Shown piece by piece: positions 1 to 12,945 of a stretch of 64,000 bases of DNA. The position numbers were made by a program, and so were the translations under genes. Source of the DNA: Basidiobolus meristosporus CBS 931.73 (lineage: Eukaryota; Fungi; Basidiobolomycota). Each line of letters starts with the position of its first letter. Within the stretch, counting starts at the first letter, position 1. The stretch covers positions 1-64,000 of the forward strand of contig MCFE01000315.1 in the NCBI GenBank assembly GCA_002104905.1, read 5' to 3'. The notes below the pieces were generated by a model. The model saw only the letters and a program-made list of their open reading frames with translations, was not told the DNA's origin and ran no database searches.

Positions 1-1380
1 GGGCGAGGGTGTGTCAACTGAACAAATAAAGGCATGTCGTTTACGATCCTCTGAACACTCTGCACAAAAGCCCTTCGGGTCTCTTCTTTACCATTGTTCG
101 TATCATTTAGGCACACATGCCACCAAATGCATACTTCGAACATGGAATAGAGGATCGAGATTCCTTCCATCTTTGCTCTTGATCAATGCAATCCCTTTGA
201 CCCTTGCCTGAATGCTTATCTATCCTCGGATCACCCCATGTTGCTCACGTTGATTTTCTACTGATCGTAGGCCCAAGCCTCGAGATGGACTCTGGTTTGG
301 GTATCATCCAGCCAAGACATGGTTTATTTTCTCTGTACTGATACGCCTGGCCAAGATTTGTATGACCCAAGATGAAACCCGAAAGCACCAAAATTAAATA
401 CTGGGCAGGCCAATAGGAATCGGCCAATCATGGCAAGTAATGATGAGGAGAAGTATGTGGTGTGGTGAGGGCCGACAACAGGGGAGCTTTGTCCCTGGCA
501 GGATAACATCCGTGTACATACACACTACACGAACTGAAGTCAGAGCGCCATCTTGTTACTCGCCGAAAGATGACAAGGTCACGTGCATGTGCCTACGGTG
601 ATGAGGGCCGGATGCCTTGAAGCTTTGCAGGGCTCAATGGCATGAGAACTAGGCGAATTATTATTTAATCGGCATTCACCAATCAACGGTTGATTGCCAG
701 TGATTCCCAAGTCTCTCATTCGCCTCCTCACACGTCGACTGAGCTTCATTCCGGATCACATGAGGGCAGGTTTTCCACGCCGATTCAATTCCATTTCTAA
801 TGTATAGCGAGCCGATTCCCTAAGAAGGTTCGAAACTTACGAAATTGGTGTTATAAAATGAGTTAGATAGGCGTGAGATGGAAAGGTCCCAATCGAAAAG
901 ACATGCAAGCACTGAGCTTGAATTGCCGCTGAGTAATAATCCATAAGCTCCAATGCGCTGATTTGTATTACACTCGGCCACCCCTGTGTTCCCTGCAGTT
1001 GGCCTCCATATAGCATGTTAGATAATGTATGATATATATGTACATTCCATATTATTCTCACCTGAACAATCATCAATCCACTCCGTTTTCATAGAATTTC
1101 TATAGTGTATTGTGATTCAATACAATAATGGTATTAATTCATCGAATAGCTGATCCACCCTATTTATCCGCTTTTATTGCCTTCTGATTACTTTCAAATC
1201 TGGCCTTCTTAAATAGCGGTTTCGTGTTTCTCTTCCTCGCCTTATCAATAATCTCATGTCTTTTCGTACTTGTTTATAGCCCAGATATACCTTTCGTGCC
1301 TAATTGCGCTCCACTTGCCAGTACCCTATCCACGTTATCTTTTTCAGTATCAAGCGTACATTCATCCTCTTTTTGCCACT

Positions 1381-3540
1381 ATGGCTCAGCCATACTATGA
1401 TTACCATTCCTTTAAAACATACCTGGCTGCGGGCATCTGCTGTTTTTGCTTTTGCCTGCCTTACACAAAGCCATTCTCAAGTAAAGGGAAAGTCGGTGCT
1501 ATCTTTTTGGGTGGCGTGTTGATGGTCACCTTTAACGTTCTTTCCGTAGAACAAGCCTTTAGTAGTCTTCGTGGATGCACTCTACTTTTACTCTCGGGTC
1601 TGATGTTCATACTATACAGACTGGAGCAGGAGGTCAATATTTTGTGTATTTTTGAACAAGAACCTCTTGGGCCCAGTATTTACAAGCCTTTACTTCTCTA
1701 GGGTTTTAAGAAGATTGTTCGTAGATTTTTGCTTTGTGGCCCTCACTCCCCGACATTCTTTCTCTTCAAAGTCTCCCTGACCTCCGGGCTTATGGGGGCC
1801 TTGTTTTTAAACGATGGTGCCGTCACAATCCTGTCTGACTTAGTCTTCATTATATGCAACGATCATGGTCTACACTTACATCCGTTTGGGCTAGCAGTTG
1901 TATGTTGCTAATTCCTCCAAAGTGAACCTCCCGCGAATGTCTTTAACTTACCAATTCCTCGTCTATAGGCCACTTCTGCGAATATTGGGTCAGTCGCCAC
2001 CATCATTGGTTGTCCACTCAGCATGATTGTGTATGAAAGCTACAAAATGTTTTCGTTTACTCAATATGTGGCGATCATGGGAATACCAGCCATCATGGGG
2101 ATCACACTAAACAGTTTGTTCCTCTGTTGGTTCTATTATAATCGAATGGAGATCTCCGGTATTCCCCAGGTCTACCAAGCGGTAAACTATAACTCAGTTA
2201 TAGCAGATTACGTGAGGATCTCCCAAGGAATTGAACCTGAAGACCGAGAGGAAAGACTTGTCATTCCTGTCATCCAATCTAAGCTATATGGAACAACTGC
2301 TTCTACAAGCGTGATGAGCTATGATAGTCACGAGTCTCAGGAATATCAAGACAGCCAAGCCTCGCGGACGTCTGATGAAGGCGAATCCAGCCCAATTGCA
2401 ATAACCAGCTCGAACGAATCTGACCCAATCCCAATGTATTGCTCAAACTTCAGCACCTCTCCAGAAAGCATCTCGCCTATTCGGCTATGCCCTGACACTC
2501 CACCTACCACTCCCCAGATCATCATGGACGACTACGACACCAGATCAACGAGGTTTGTTTGGCCACCACCGGAAGTACCTCCCAATGGAGATGCTCTCTC
2601 CGGGGACAATGCTTCGTCTCAATCATCAGTCCAAGTGACGTCTCAAACGCTTCAACTGCCTACACCCTGTTCAGGCGGCAGGCCTGCCGTGCCGAAGCTG
2701 TTGATTCCTTCTCCTCAGCCGCTGGAGGGGCCGTCTATATTCTGTGGCTCCAGCGCGTCGTCAGTATCCAGTCACTCGAATAGATCACCGCGCTCCCCAA
2801 GGTCATACGGCAGAACGCGTGCCACACTGTACGAAAAAGCATTCGAGGAAATCAGCAGGCTGTGGAAGTCGCATTCCAGCAAGCTAGTTCTGTCAGCAAT
2901 TTTGATTACCATGTACGCGGCCATGATAATGAACTTCAACCCAGGATGGACATGCCTTACTGCTGCTGTTCTCCTAGTCATCGCCCATGGTGACGACGGC
3001 TCCGCCAATTTTCATCAAGTGGTGAATTGGTCGTTCTTGTGCTATCTTTGTGGAGTGTTTGTTCTTTCAAGCGGGCTATTAGCAACACCTATTCCCAGAG
3101 ATGCATGGGAGTCGATCCGGCCATGGCTTTTTATGAACAATTGGGGCGTGCATCTCACAATGTGGGCATTTTGCATCATTCTAATCATACCCACCGTTGT
3201 CCTTGGGGCCTATCCCACGCTTCTTCTTACTTTGCCATTCTTGCAGATCGAGAGTGACCCGGCCCTGTCTCTAAAGCTATCGTTAGTGCTGCTTTGGTGT
3301 GTTGCTCTGTATGGCAACTTGACGCCGTATAGCAGCATTGCCAGTGCGATCGTTACCGATATTTGTAGGCAGTATTACATCGACAGAACTCTTGATCCTC
3401 GTGACGGAATAGTAGAGATTGAGCGCTCCAAAAGATGGTTCGGAAGGCTCCAGATATGGATACAGTACACCTCCTGGTCTACATTTTGCATTATGATGCT
3501 AGGGGTGCCGGTCATTCTACACAATATAGATTCCTTGTAG
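1381..3540 (+). CDS. Lsi2-like / ArsB-NhaD (ion transporter superfamily) multi-pass membrane transporter, 3 exons (1381-1632, 1702-1899, 1969-3540)
   Basis: Two 69-nt GT-AG introns (1633-1701, 1900-1968) join three ORFs in frame. The spliced product reads GKVGAIFLGGVLMVTFNVLSVEQAFSSL...LLLSGLMFILYRLEQ|GF...SGLMGALFLNDGAVTIL...HPFGLAV|ATSANIGSVATIIG...GNLTPYSSIASAIV, matching the motif order of plant Lsi2/ArsB-like proteins. The ATG at 1381 is inferred from alignment length. Confidence 0.85.
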
Positions 3541-3789
3541 ATTCCTTGCATATTCAAACACTCCGATTCTGCACTTACACCCATCTATCCCATTTACCCT
3601 GCTTGATAGTCGATCTCCATTACCAAATGCATACCTTTTCCCTCCTTCCACCCTCTCGCTCGTCAAGCCTACCGCTTGCCAACCCCATTGCCTATATAGT
3701 TCTACTACTCTTGAAGTTGGCCAGCTCGATACATGTAAATATAATCCACTGCTTAACCCCGTTACACTCGGCCAGTAGATCATTTATCC

Positions 3790-6480
3790 CATCATCTGCA
3801 ACCAGCCTGGGTTCCATAAAGAAATCTGATCCCGTCCCTTGACAAGGGCACCACGTATCTATATTGATAGTATTCTGCATCCACCGTCAATGACGGCCCC
3901 TGACGTTGTTAAGGCGACCGTCAAATAGATCCATGTACTGCGTGCTGAGTGGAGCATTCTCGTACCACACGGTGAGACAGTGGCCAGTGTATTCTGGATG
4001 ACAATTGAGCTGCCATCAGTGGCCATCTAAGAAAGTCAACGAGCTACTATAACATAGCGTCTTCCCCGCCAGATATGGTATCGATCGATACCTACTGCAT
4101 GGAATACTTGCTCCAGCCATGCTCAGACGCCAAACGTTATCTCAGTGAATCCACACCAGTTACCAAAACTGGTAGGTGTCTAGATGAAGGGTGAGCCAAT
4201 GTGGGAGATACCCGTCAATGAGCTAAAGAAAGATAGCAGGCCGACACGCATTCTATCAGTTTGGATACGACAATCGTTCCAGGAAATCAGCCTATTTGCC
4301 CGAACATCCACTCTACAATCAGAAGTGTGCACCGACGTTGCTAATACCGTCCATATTTCTGGCCCATCATTGATACTACGCAAGTTGTGCATACTAGCGC
4401 ATCCGATCACACATCGAATCCTTGTCGATGCCCACACTGTATCCACCGGTTGCTGAGCATTAACCCAACACGCTGCACAAGTCCCTCACCCCGGAAGCTA
4501 TCAGCATCTACTGATTCGTTTAGCTATTCTAGAGAATCCAAGTGCAAGTGATTGATTCATCCTTACAAGCGATAAGCTCGACACCCCCTTGGACAGCCCA
4601 AGTGATGAAGTACGAGACAGCGAGGGGTAAAAAAAATGCGTGCCTGCGTCTTCCCACACAACCTGCAGTAAATAATAGATAAGCATGCCGCTCGTACAGA
4701 TTGCGTTTTCTGTACGCTGTGTTCGGGAAATACTAGCGATATGCCTTAATTGGTTGGTATCTGATGGTAACAATAAGGGCTTCAAGACATGCAATTGGCG
4801 GATAGTTGGTTGGAGATGACGGCGACCGAGCAGCAGAGCTGGGCCCAAGATGGTGGACATTGGTGAAGAGTATTGTGCGAATAATGTGGATCTTGAATAT
4901 TCTGACGAGTTGAGGGAAGCGATGCAATGGTGGAAAGCAAAGGTGAAAGGGGTTGCTTAGAGTAGCCATTTCAACCGAATAAAAGACTCATCTAACGCAT
5001 CTGCCAATCGTATCATACACAGCGTCAATACAAATCGATGCAGACTCTGAGCAAACCGGTTTACAATCAAGACTACGAAAGCATACCTCGAACGACGCTG
5101 AGCACTCCCTCGATAATTTGCTTTGTCGCATCAAGCACACTGCCTTGATAACGAGCGGATACCTATCCTTACCCAAAACGCCCCTAACAAATCGGGCCCA
5201 ATCCTCATCGAACACCCGTTCGTTTATCCAAATGTATGCTGCTTGGTTGGCTAGACTAGTTGTGATCATTGTACACATCACTGGGATGATACATAGTGAC
5301 ATCAAACCCTGTTGACCCGTGGCTACAATGATCCTGGGAGTGCTGAATTTAGAATGGCCTGTAGTAGGGAATAGTCAGAGAAGCACCATATCAAGTGCAT
5401 CAAAGCTTCACATCGTTGACAATCCTTGCTCAGAGAAGACAGCCCACACCGCATCCCCGATCTTGACCAGGATTGTACTTAATGTTGAAGTGTATACAAC
5501 GGTGTGCCAAGGACCTACCAGATTCGGAAATCGGCAGTATGCTTAGCAACTAAGGTGTGATTGTTTTCTGGTTGCATTATACGTCGCCCATATACTGCCG
5601 ATACCAATGGGGATGTATTTGTAATCCAAAGGCACCCCATGCATCATTGCAGCGGCTAACCGGTCTCGGCGAAACCTCCATCCACACACTGCCATACCAG
5701 GCCGGGTTTCTCTCTGGTGGCGGATCTAAGGGACGTGGGGAATATATATACGAATGCGAGGGTGAGCAGGAACCCGTGGTTGAAAGAGCAACGTCCGTTG
5801 CATGTACGGTAGGAGCGGGTGCACATGAGCCCATCTACGCGATAGACCTCGGAACAACAAGGTCGTAATGAGTCGGAACCCATCGCTGACGGTTGGGTTG
5901 CACTTGAGGATTCGACGTGCCGAAACCCAGGTTTGTGGGATTCGAACTATCTTGGTGCAACCAGCACGCGGGAACTCTCACCAAGTCCTACGTAGCCAGA
6001 GCTCAAAAAAGCAAAGTGGGGAAGGAGTGCCTGAAACACATGGGCTGTCTTGGTTAGTGCAGCACACGGAGGGCCATGGCTGCTACGGGCAAGAATGCAT
6101 GAATTCCTGAGTGGTAGACGACTGCCATGACCAAGGAGACACTCCCTCACCATCCCACCAATCCCTCAGCACAGACAGGCGCCCATGGAGCGGGCTGCTG
6201 AAATCAGTTACTATTCCCTCCATCTGCAGCATCCCCCGCTTCTTGGCTCCACACCTCCTATAGAGATTGGGGAGTTGGTGATCTCTGCTCTGACTGGTGG
6301 CACACCAAGCACAAGATCCGAGTCCGTGTTGGCTGAGCGGCGCTGATCCCAGCCTGGTTTTGGAAATGCCAAATAAGGGCAAATCACCTAACCCGGTATC
6401 GGGATGTGTCTGTTCCCAGGGTGGCCGCTCTTGGTTTAATCGCATCTCTTGCGCTTGCAGCTTGCCGATGACACTCATCG
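3790..6480 (-). CDS. Probable intron-rich protein-coding gene, product unidentified (several hydrophobic segments)
   Basis: The minus strand has many canonical donors (gtaagg x2, gtatgc, gtacga x2, gtaggt) and acceptors (e.g. cttaacaacgtcag near 3900). Exon-like pieces include YIWINERVFDEDWARFVRGVL, CVGRRRHAFFLPLAVSYFITWAVQGGVELIA and GPSLTVDAEYYQYRYVVPLSRDGIRFLYG. A full gene model could not be assembled, so the limits are approximate. Confidence 0.4.
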
Positions 6481-7231
6481 AGATGGTGGGCTGATTTCCA
6501 TTCCATGGCTCGATCTATGCCCATCTGTCATGTCCGGAAGGGAAATTCATAAAGTGCTGATATGTACGGTGCAGGATGCGGTTCGAGATTACCCACACAG
6601 TCGATTCCGTGCCTGCCGCTGCCAGAGTTGGCCGGCTGCACTGGCTAGAGGAAGTGCCTGTTCAGCCGACCTGCTCCACACAAATGGGTGCATAGTGTGG
6701 TTTCGATGAGTAGGCCATACGCGGTGTGATGGAGACTGGTCCAATCAGCGACCGGCAATGCCGTTGGTGTCATGGTTGTTTGTCTCGAGGGCGACAAACA
6801 TACGACCATACGACCATACAACCAAGAACAACCAAGCGCATCTGGGCAGCGGGTTTACATTCCCACAATCCATCTTGCTGCTGAACAGAGTAGAGTCCAA
6901 ATACATCCGAGCGCCTTGCTCTTTCTACAGGCTCACTCCAGTATTTACCAATGGGTTTCCTTTTTTGGCAGATCAGCTGTAAGATTCGCTCAGCAGTACA
7001 CCCTTCACTAGCCGAATGCAATCAGCCAGTCCCCCACACCTATCTGTGCCTCCTCCTACACACACTTTTCACTTAAATACCACTCGGCATCGACAACTAG
7101 GCGCATCTATATCCTTTCCACGAGCTTAGCTCTGCCTAAACGAATTCCCCCAACCGATAGCTCGCTCAGATAGCACTTAAGCCCACAACCCCTCTTCCAG
7201 TCTATCCTCTCTTCTAGAAAACCATCAAGCC

Positions 7232-8529
7232 ATGGGTTGCTGTGTGAGCCGTGAGGACGTCGACCTTAAACGCAAGCATGAGGAAATCGAAAAGCAAATC
7301 AAACGGGATGATTTCGTCCAAAAGAACGAGGTGAAGATGCTACTTCTCGGTAGGTGGTACTCATGGCATCAGCCCAATTACAACCAGGCCAACATTCCCT
7401 TTCCCTTTCCATAGGCGCGGGTGAGTCCGGCAAGAGCACAGTCGTCAAGCAGATGAAGCTTCTCCACGAGGGCGGGTACAACGCAGAGGAGAAGGAAGCC
7501 TTTCGAGAGGTGATCTTCTCCAACACCGCGCAATCCATGAGGGTCATCTTAGAGGCCATGGAGTTTATCGGCGTTGGGTTGGCAGAGGAGCGAAACCACG
7601 CGCACGCCGATACAATCTTCAGCCTACCTGACCAAATCGAGGGGGAAAGGCTGGCCCCGGAGATCACAGAAGCCATTAGGAGCCTATGGAACGATGAGGG
7701 AGTTCAGAACTGCTTCAACAGATCTCGCGAGTTTCAATTGAACGATTCAGCCAAATAGTAAGGCTCGGTAGACCGATGTTTTGCCCAAGGGGACCATTTC
7801 TAACCCGTTTTCAACTAGCTACTTTGATAGTATCGAACGTATTGGCCAACCGAACTATATTCCCAACGACCAAGATGTATTGCGCTCAAGAGTGAAGACC
7901 ACCGGCATTACCGAAACCGCCTTCTCAATTGGGAACATCACATATCGTCTTCTAGATGTTGGTGGACAACGATCGGAGCGGAAGAAGTGGATCCACTGCT
8001 TCGAGAATGTAACAGCAATTGTATTCATGGTCGCCATCAGCGAATACGATCAGTCCCTGATTGAGGATGACACGGTGGTAAGTATAGGAATTCAGTCGGA
8101 CCCTCGGCCATTCTGCTAATACCATTTCCAGAATCGCATGCAAGAGGCATTAACCCTGTTTGACTCTATCTGTAATTCGCGCTGGTTCGTCAAAACATCG
8201 ATCATATTGTTCTTGAATAAGATTGACCTCCTCAAGGAGAAGCTAGGCTCCTCCCCGATGAGTGACTTCTTCCCGGATTATCAAGGTATTTGTCAGAAAA
8301 GTCAATTGCAATTGCTGGTGCAAAACTAATCGGGGTTTTAGGTGGCGACGACTTCGACGCCGCGTGTGAATACATCACTGAGCGATTCAAGGCTCTAAAT
8401 CAGTCAAATCGGAAGCAAGTATATGCGCATTTGACTTGTGCTACTGATACCCAACAAATGGGCTTCGTAATGGCTGCAGTTAACGACATAATAATTCAGA
8501 GCAATCTTCGGGACTGTGGTTTCCTGTAG
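7232..8529 (+). CDS. gna1: Heterotrimeric G-protein alpha subunit, fungal class I (Gi-like), 5 exons
   Basis: Introns 7350-7414, 7758-7818, 8078-8131 and 8286-8341 (all GT-AG) give MGCC...KMLLLG|[42 protein letters not shown] and C-terminal NLRDCGFL. All G1-G5 boxes are present. The symbol denotes the class, not proven orthology. Confidence 0.97.
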
Positions 8530-8745
8530 ACTGCTTCATCAAGGACTGAGTAAAAGTCGGAAAGTTCCTCCTCCGAATCACTTCAAGCACTTCGAATCTA
8601 CCGGCTCAGCCTTGGATGTAAAATGGATTCTTTTTGTTATAATTTTAATAGATATTGGAGTATTTTGTTAGCTGTGTTCTTTTCCTCAACCTCGGCACGA
8701 CTGGTTGAGATGTGGCTTGGAGAGCGGGATGCCCACATGGATTGT

Positions 8746-9960
8746 TTAGTGTCGTCCACCATAATTGAATTCTATAACAGCATATTTATCCTTTTTGGCT
8801 GATACGATAGCATTATCCAAAAACTCAGCCTTGAGATTCGCCAAAGTAATGTAGATTTGTGTTCCCTGATTTATCAGAATAAATCGACTATTTGAGAACA
8901 GGCAACGGGCACAAATGAAAGGCACTTTTCCCTTGTTTTTAGACACCTCACGAGATGACAGATACTTGTGCCAGTAGAATGCAGCACAGTGGTAAGCGAA
9001 AGAGTCTACCAAAAGCGCCCTTCACCAACATACGTTTCCTCACCTTTTTGGAAGAATCATCCCAAACGCCCCAGAAAGAAGTCATGCTATCCCCCAAACG
9101 TAGGGTGAGTATACGAACAACGTGGACTAATATAGATACGAAGATAATCATTTTCTGTTTATATCTTGAATCCAATAAGACAGGTGGACTGCTACTGAGC
9201 TTGGGCTGCATATATCGATTGGTCCCCATTGCAAGTTGAAGGTTGAAGGGAACCCGGCTATACTCGTTTTAGTACCGGATCGAATGGCAACCGAGCCCAC
9301 GTGATTTGGCCAGTGGGTATTCGGAAAGCTTGCAAGATTTATCCCCCAAGGTTTACTAAGTGAACATAGAGTGTGCGACGAGACCAAGTACCGCACGAGC
9401 ACACGTATGACAGTGACTTGAGGGTATAAAAATCGGTTGTCAGACGAGCGCGTCCTTGCCTGCCGCAAAAGATCCTCACTCGGCATGCACATGGATGATG
9501 TGTACATAAACAATCCATTCATCTTCTAAACTTAATTGCTGAATGATCTTCAGAAGTTTACCACATATTGGCTCAACATAGGGAGCGATGATTTGCTGCT
9601 AGAAAGACCGGATCACTGGCTGGTAGAGTAAGTTACATTCGAAAATTCTGGAGATATACCTAATATTAAATCCCTTTTGCGGCGCAGCCACATCTAACTC
9701 ATGTACGACAAGCCACATGTGATAATACAGGAGTTCGGTATACAGAAGTCACCCAAAATAGTGTGATGGTGGGGGACAGAATTGTAGTGACTACAGGGGA
9801 GAATAAACTGTTGGCAGAGTCACGTGAGCTAATGGTATCCGAAATCAACCAGATTCCTGCTCGGCGTTGAGGCAAATGGATGCCATGGGAAGAACTCCTA
9901 ACACTGCTGGCTACGTGAATGTTCCCTAACTGTTCCAACTAACAAGTACATCAGCATCTC
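8746..9960 (-). CDS. Possible spliced gene, unidentified
   Basis: Exon-like segments on the minus strand bounded by AG/GT: QQIIAPYVEPICGKLLKIIQQLSLEDEWIVY (~9500-9600), MTSFWGVWDDSSKKVRK (~9030-9085) and terminal GTQIYITLANLKAEFLDNAIVSAKKDKYAVIEFNYGGRH*. The model is incomplete and the 5' end is unknown. Confidence 0.35.
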
Positions 9961-10671
9961 ACCGCTGTGGTGGCTAACAAACATCCCTTAACTTTGCATG
10001 TAGCCATATTTGTACGCTAACCAGAAGAAACTTTGTATTCAAACATAACTATTGCCAAACTGAGAACACTGGTCTTGGACGACTCGGAGTATCACTGATT
10101 AGAATTTGATGAAATCGACACATCTGATTGGTATAGTATCTCTTTAGACTGAAGCAGTAATTTACTCTCAGAAATGACACAAGGAATAATGCTAAGTCCA
10201 ACTCGGTAAACATAGTGGATGATTTCATTGGCTTAATTCCTTTTTATCGATCCAGATTAAAATGTAAGGGTGTCCATTGGTGGATGAAGCTATATTATCC
10301 CCGATACCTGTTTGACGTAAGTAGATGAGACTATCGCTGTACAGTCTTTGAATTTTTATTGATAAAGGTGCACAAGTCATCCAGCCATTGATGGGTTCCC
10401 CAATTCCGATTTAAACGAATCTTTGTCTCCCCTTAAAACTTCACCTCTTCGTAGTTGTGCCACTAGGATATCAGTTTATTACCTTAAGCTGCGCATACTT
10501 AGATTCCAAGCTACTCAACCTTCACACCCAGCTAATAGCACCTTGTCCCTTTGAGTTTTTGTCCACTAGTGCCAAGCTTTTGTACTGAGCGATAACCGCT
10601 TTATGTTGGTCTACCACCACGCCTTATTGAAGCAACGTCTTTGAAATAGCCCACAGATCGTAGTAAAGAAT

Positions 10672-11618
10672 ATGTTTAAAGGCGAAACCTTGCAAGGTCG
10701 TATCCTCTCAGTCGAAGACCATATGATATCTCCTGAACCCTCGGGAAACCTCGAAATCTCCAACAAGCTGTTGTCTAGATGCTCATATGGCACCTGTGAA
10801 AGTAACGTCAAGTCTATCAAATACCTAGAAGCTTCCAAAGAACCGAACAGACAAGCGGACACTTATCAGACGAGCAATAATACGAAAGATTTTCTTTCGA
10901 TAGAAAACGGTTCAACCCAAAATTTTGATTTCGGAAACCAGCACGCCAGCCAATTTAATCCACGTCTGTCTTCCAACGATGTTCGAGCGTACACCTACGG
11001 CCGATATCCGAGTGTTTACGAGAAGCTCTGTATCGAAATAAAATTTGACGAGGCCTCGCACGATTTCCCTGTTAGACCCACCTTCCCTGCCACGAATATT
11101 GAAGACTTGTACCACAAACCAGAAAAACCCAAGGTCATGATCTTTGGTGATGTCATGGAACAACAAAGAAGAGATGAGATCTATACAGCGCAGTACATCC
11201 CAAAGGAGAATCGGTTCAAATATAGAGCCTCGCCTACTGATTCCAAAACGCATTCTATCAACGCGCTTAACAGTTCGGAAACAGCTTCCATCTATCAAAA
11301 ATCCAAGACCTTGCTCCGTAAAGCATCCGGGCTATTCACAGAAAAACCACCGAGTGAAGGCCGCACCTTGTCGAAATCTCAGAGCAGCATCTCACTCCGT
11401 GAAGCTGCACGCTCATCTAACAGTAAGAATCCAGTTTTGAATCGTAAGGGTAGTGTGAGCAAATTTGTTGGAAGCATGAAGGTAGTTGTCTTAGTGGTTT
11501 TAGCATCTACGGTTTCAAAGCATCTAACTTCATTCTTCTGCAGCACCGGTTCTATCATGCGCTATCTAAAGAAAAGCATCATAATACACCCATTGACATT
11601 GACCCGAGCAGTTCATAA
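10672..11618 (+). CDS. Hypothetical Ser-rich, probably disordered protein, 2 exons (10672-11481, 11544-11618)
   Basis: A 270-codon open first exon is followed by intron 11482-11543 (gtagtt...ctaac...ttctgcag) and a terminal exon HRFYHALSKEKHHNTPIDIDPSSS*. No family recognised. Confidence 0.55.
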
Positions 11619-12731
11619 CCCCACTTCTCTCCTTTCTATATCCATTGTACCTAACTTTCATCGATTGTTTTTGTTTCCTAGCTGTGTAATTAAGATACTT
11701 CATATCCAAACCGCCTGCTTTCCAATACTTTCTCATCTGTTATTAGAAGACGAATTCTCACGCAAATATCACCCAAATCACTACAACCCAACTCCATTGT
11801 TTTACGCCTCCTTCCCCAATACATTAATCTGCTAGCCACATTGGAAAAAGAATCTAGCACTGTTAATACTAAATAACGTTCTTAATGATATTTCGAGATA
11901 ATAAATTCCAAAGAGTATTCAAGATAAATATCCTCATTTTCCATGGTCTCACCGTGCCAAAACTGGCCACTTCTCACCACTCTGATTAGAGTCAAAAGGC
12001 TCGGCTTAGTGTAATCTAGGGGGAGAGCGGTAAATAGGATTGTTTTGCATGACATTGAGTAAGCACCAAACAGATACAACGTTGAAACATCTACCATTCC
12101 GAGTGCGATCAAACCTAAACTGCATTCATTCATTAATAAGGTCACTACTAAATATGGCTCGCTCTGCTAAAATTAGTGTAAGCAGATCCTTTAGCAGTGA
12201 CGTCGATCCAATCAGAGGCACCAAGCCCTCACCAGTGGCTTCAAGACCGTCGTCAATGCTGGATTGCTTTGTGATGAGACATTCAGCTAGTAATCACCGA
12301 TGGAAATGCCGTAGCTGAAGATCCACTCCGAAAATGGGCCATGGATCTCGTTTGTAGGTACTGACATCACATCTGAGTGAATCAACCTTGCTTTCCCAGC
12401 GGTCCTCTCGGGCACGTCAGATTGGTGCACTTCCCATATCACATGAGACAAACGCCACATCAATCCCATGGGCCCTCCAGGGACTATAGAGAAAACCACG
12501 AAGCAATTGACGTGGATGTTCCAGTGGATAGCTCAGAGCCCATTGCCAGCCTTGAAAGCCAGCCCTACACAACGGACGAACGTCACTCTCGTGGGCTGGA
12601 GGGCGGTGATTGGCGAATCCCCCGTACGGAGAAGAACGATTGGTAGGATCGAGCCAGGGAAGGTGGCTGATGTACACCCGGAGTGAAGCACGTCCTCACC
12701 GCCGGGATATATTTAGCTCGAGCGGACCGGG

Positions 12732-12738
12732 TATAAAA
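12732..12738 (+). promoter_or_regulatory. TATA box (TATAAAA) upstream of the small ORF at 12772
   Basis: gTATAAAAgg lies 34 nt upstream of the ATG in a CpG-rich promoter-like region. Confidence 0.55.
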
Positions 12739-12771
12739 GGTTAAGGACTCCGTGGTTTCCGCACCATCGAA

Positions 12772-12945
12772 ATGTCCTTCCTTAACGGCGCACGCAAAGC
12801 CCCCGAAATATTCCCCTTGCTAATCATCCTTGGCGCTGGGGTCACCGGGGCCCTTTCGTTCATGGGTCACAAGCTTGCTACCGATAGCAGCATTCGACGT
12901 GGACGTTCCCTGGAAGCCCCTGTCTTATTTGGACGTAAGCACTAG
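12772..12945 (+). CDS. NDUFA4/B12D-like (COXFA4-like) small single-pass mitochondrial protein, 57 aa
   Basis: MSFLNGARKAPEIFPLLIILGAGVTGALSFMGHKLATDSSIRRG... has the PE(I/V)xPL motif, one TM helix and the HKL..D..IR pattern typical of the B12D family. It is below the 60-aa cutoff of the ORF track. A possible donor (gtaagc) at 12935 could alter the C-terminus. Confidence 0.65.
   Translation: MSFLNGARKAPEIFPLLIILGAGVTGALSFMGHKLATDSSIRRGRSLEAPVLFGRKH

Noticed and set aside
1-550. Possible minus-strand gene running off the left edge (pieces such as EETRRAFVQSVQRIVNDMPLFVQLTHPR)
   Set aside because: No consistent start or splice model could be built, so it is too weak to report as a feature.
5118-5315. 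Kinase-like IHSDIKP motif in a + strand ORF
   Set aside because: No other kinase motifs (GxGxxG, VAIK, DFG, APE) nearby; the splice signals favour a minus-strand gene.
5400-5460. QGLSTM resembling a BK-channel segment on the minus strand
   Set aside because: It is followed directly by a stop, and no TVGYG pore motif was found.
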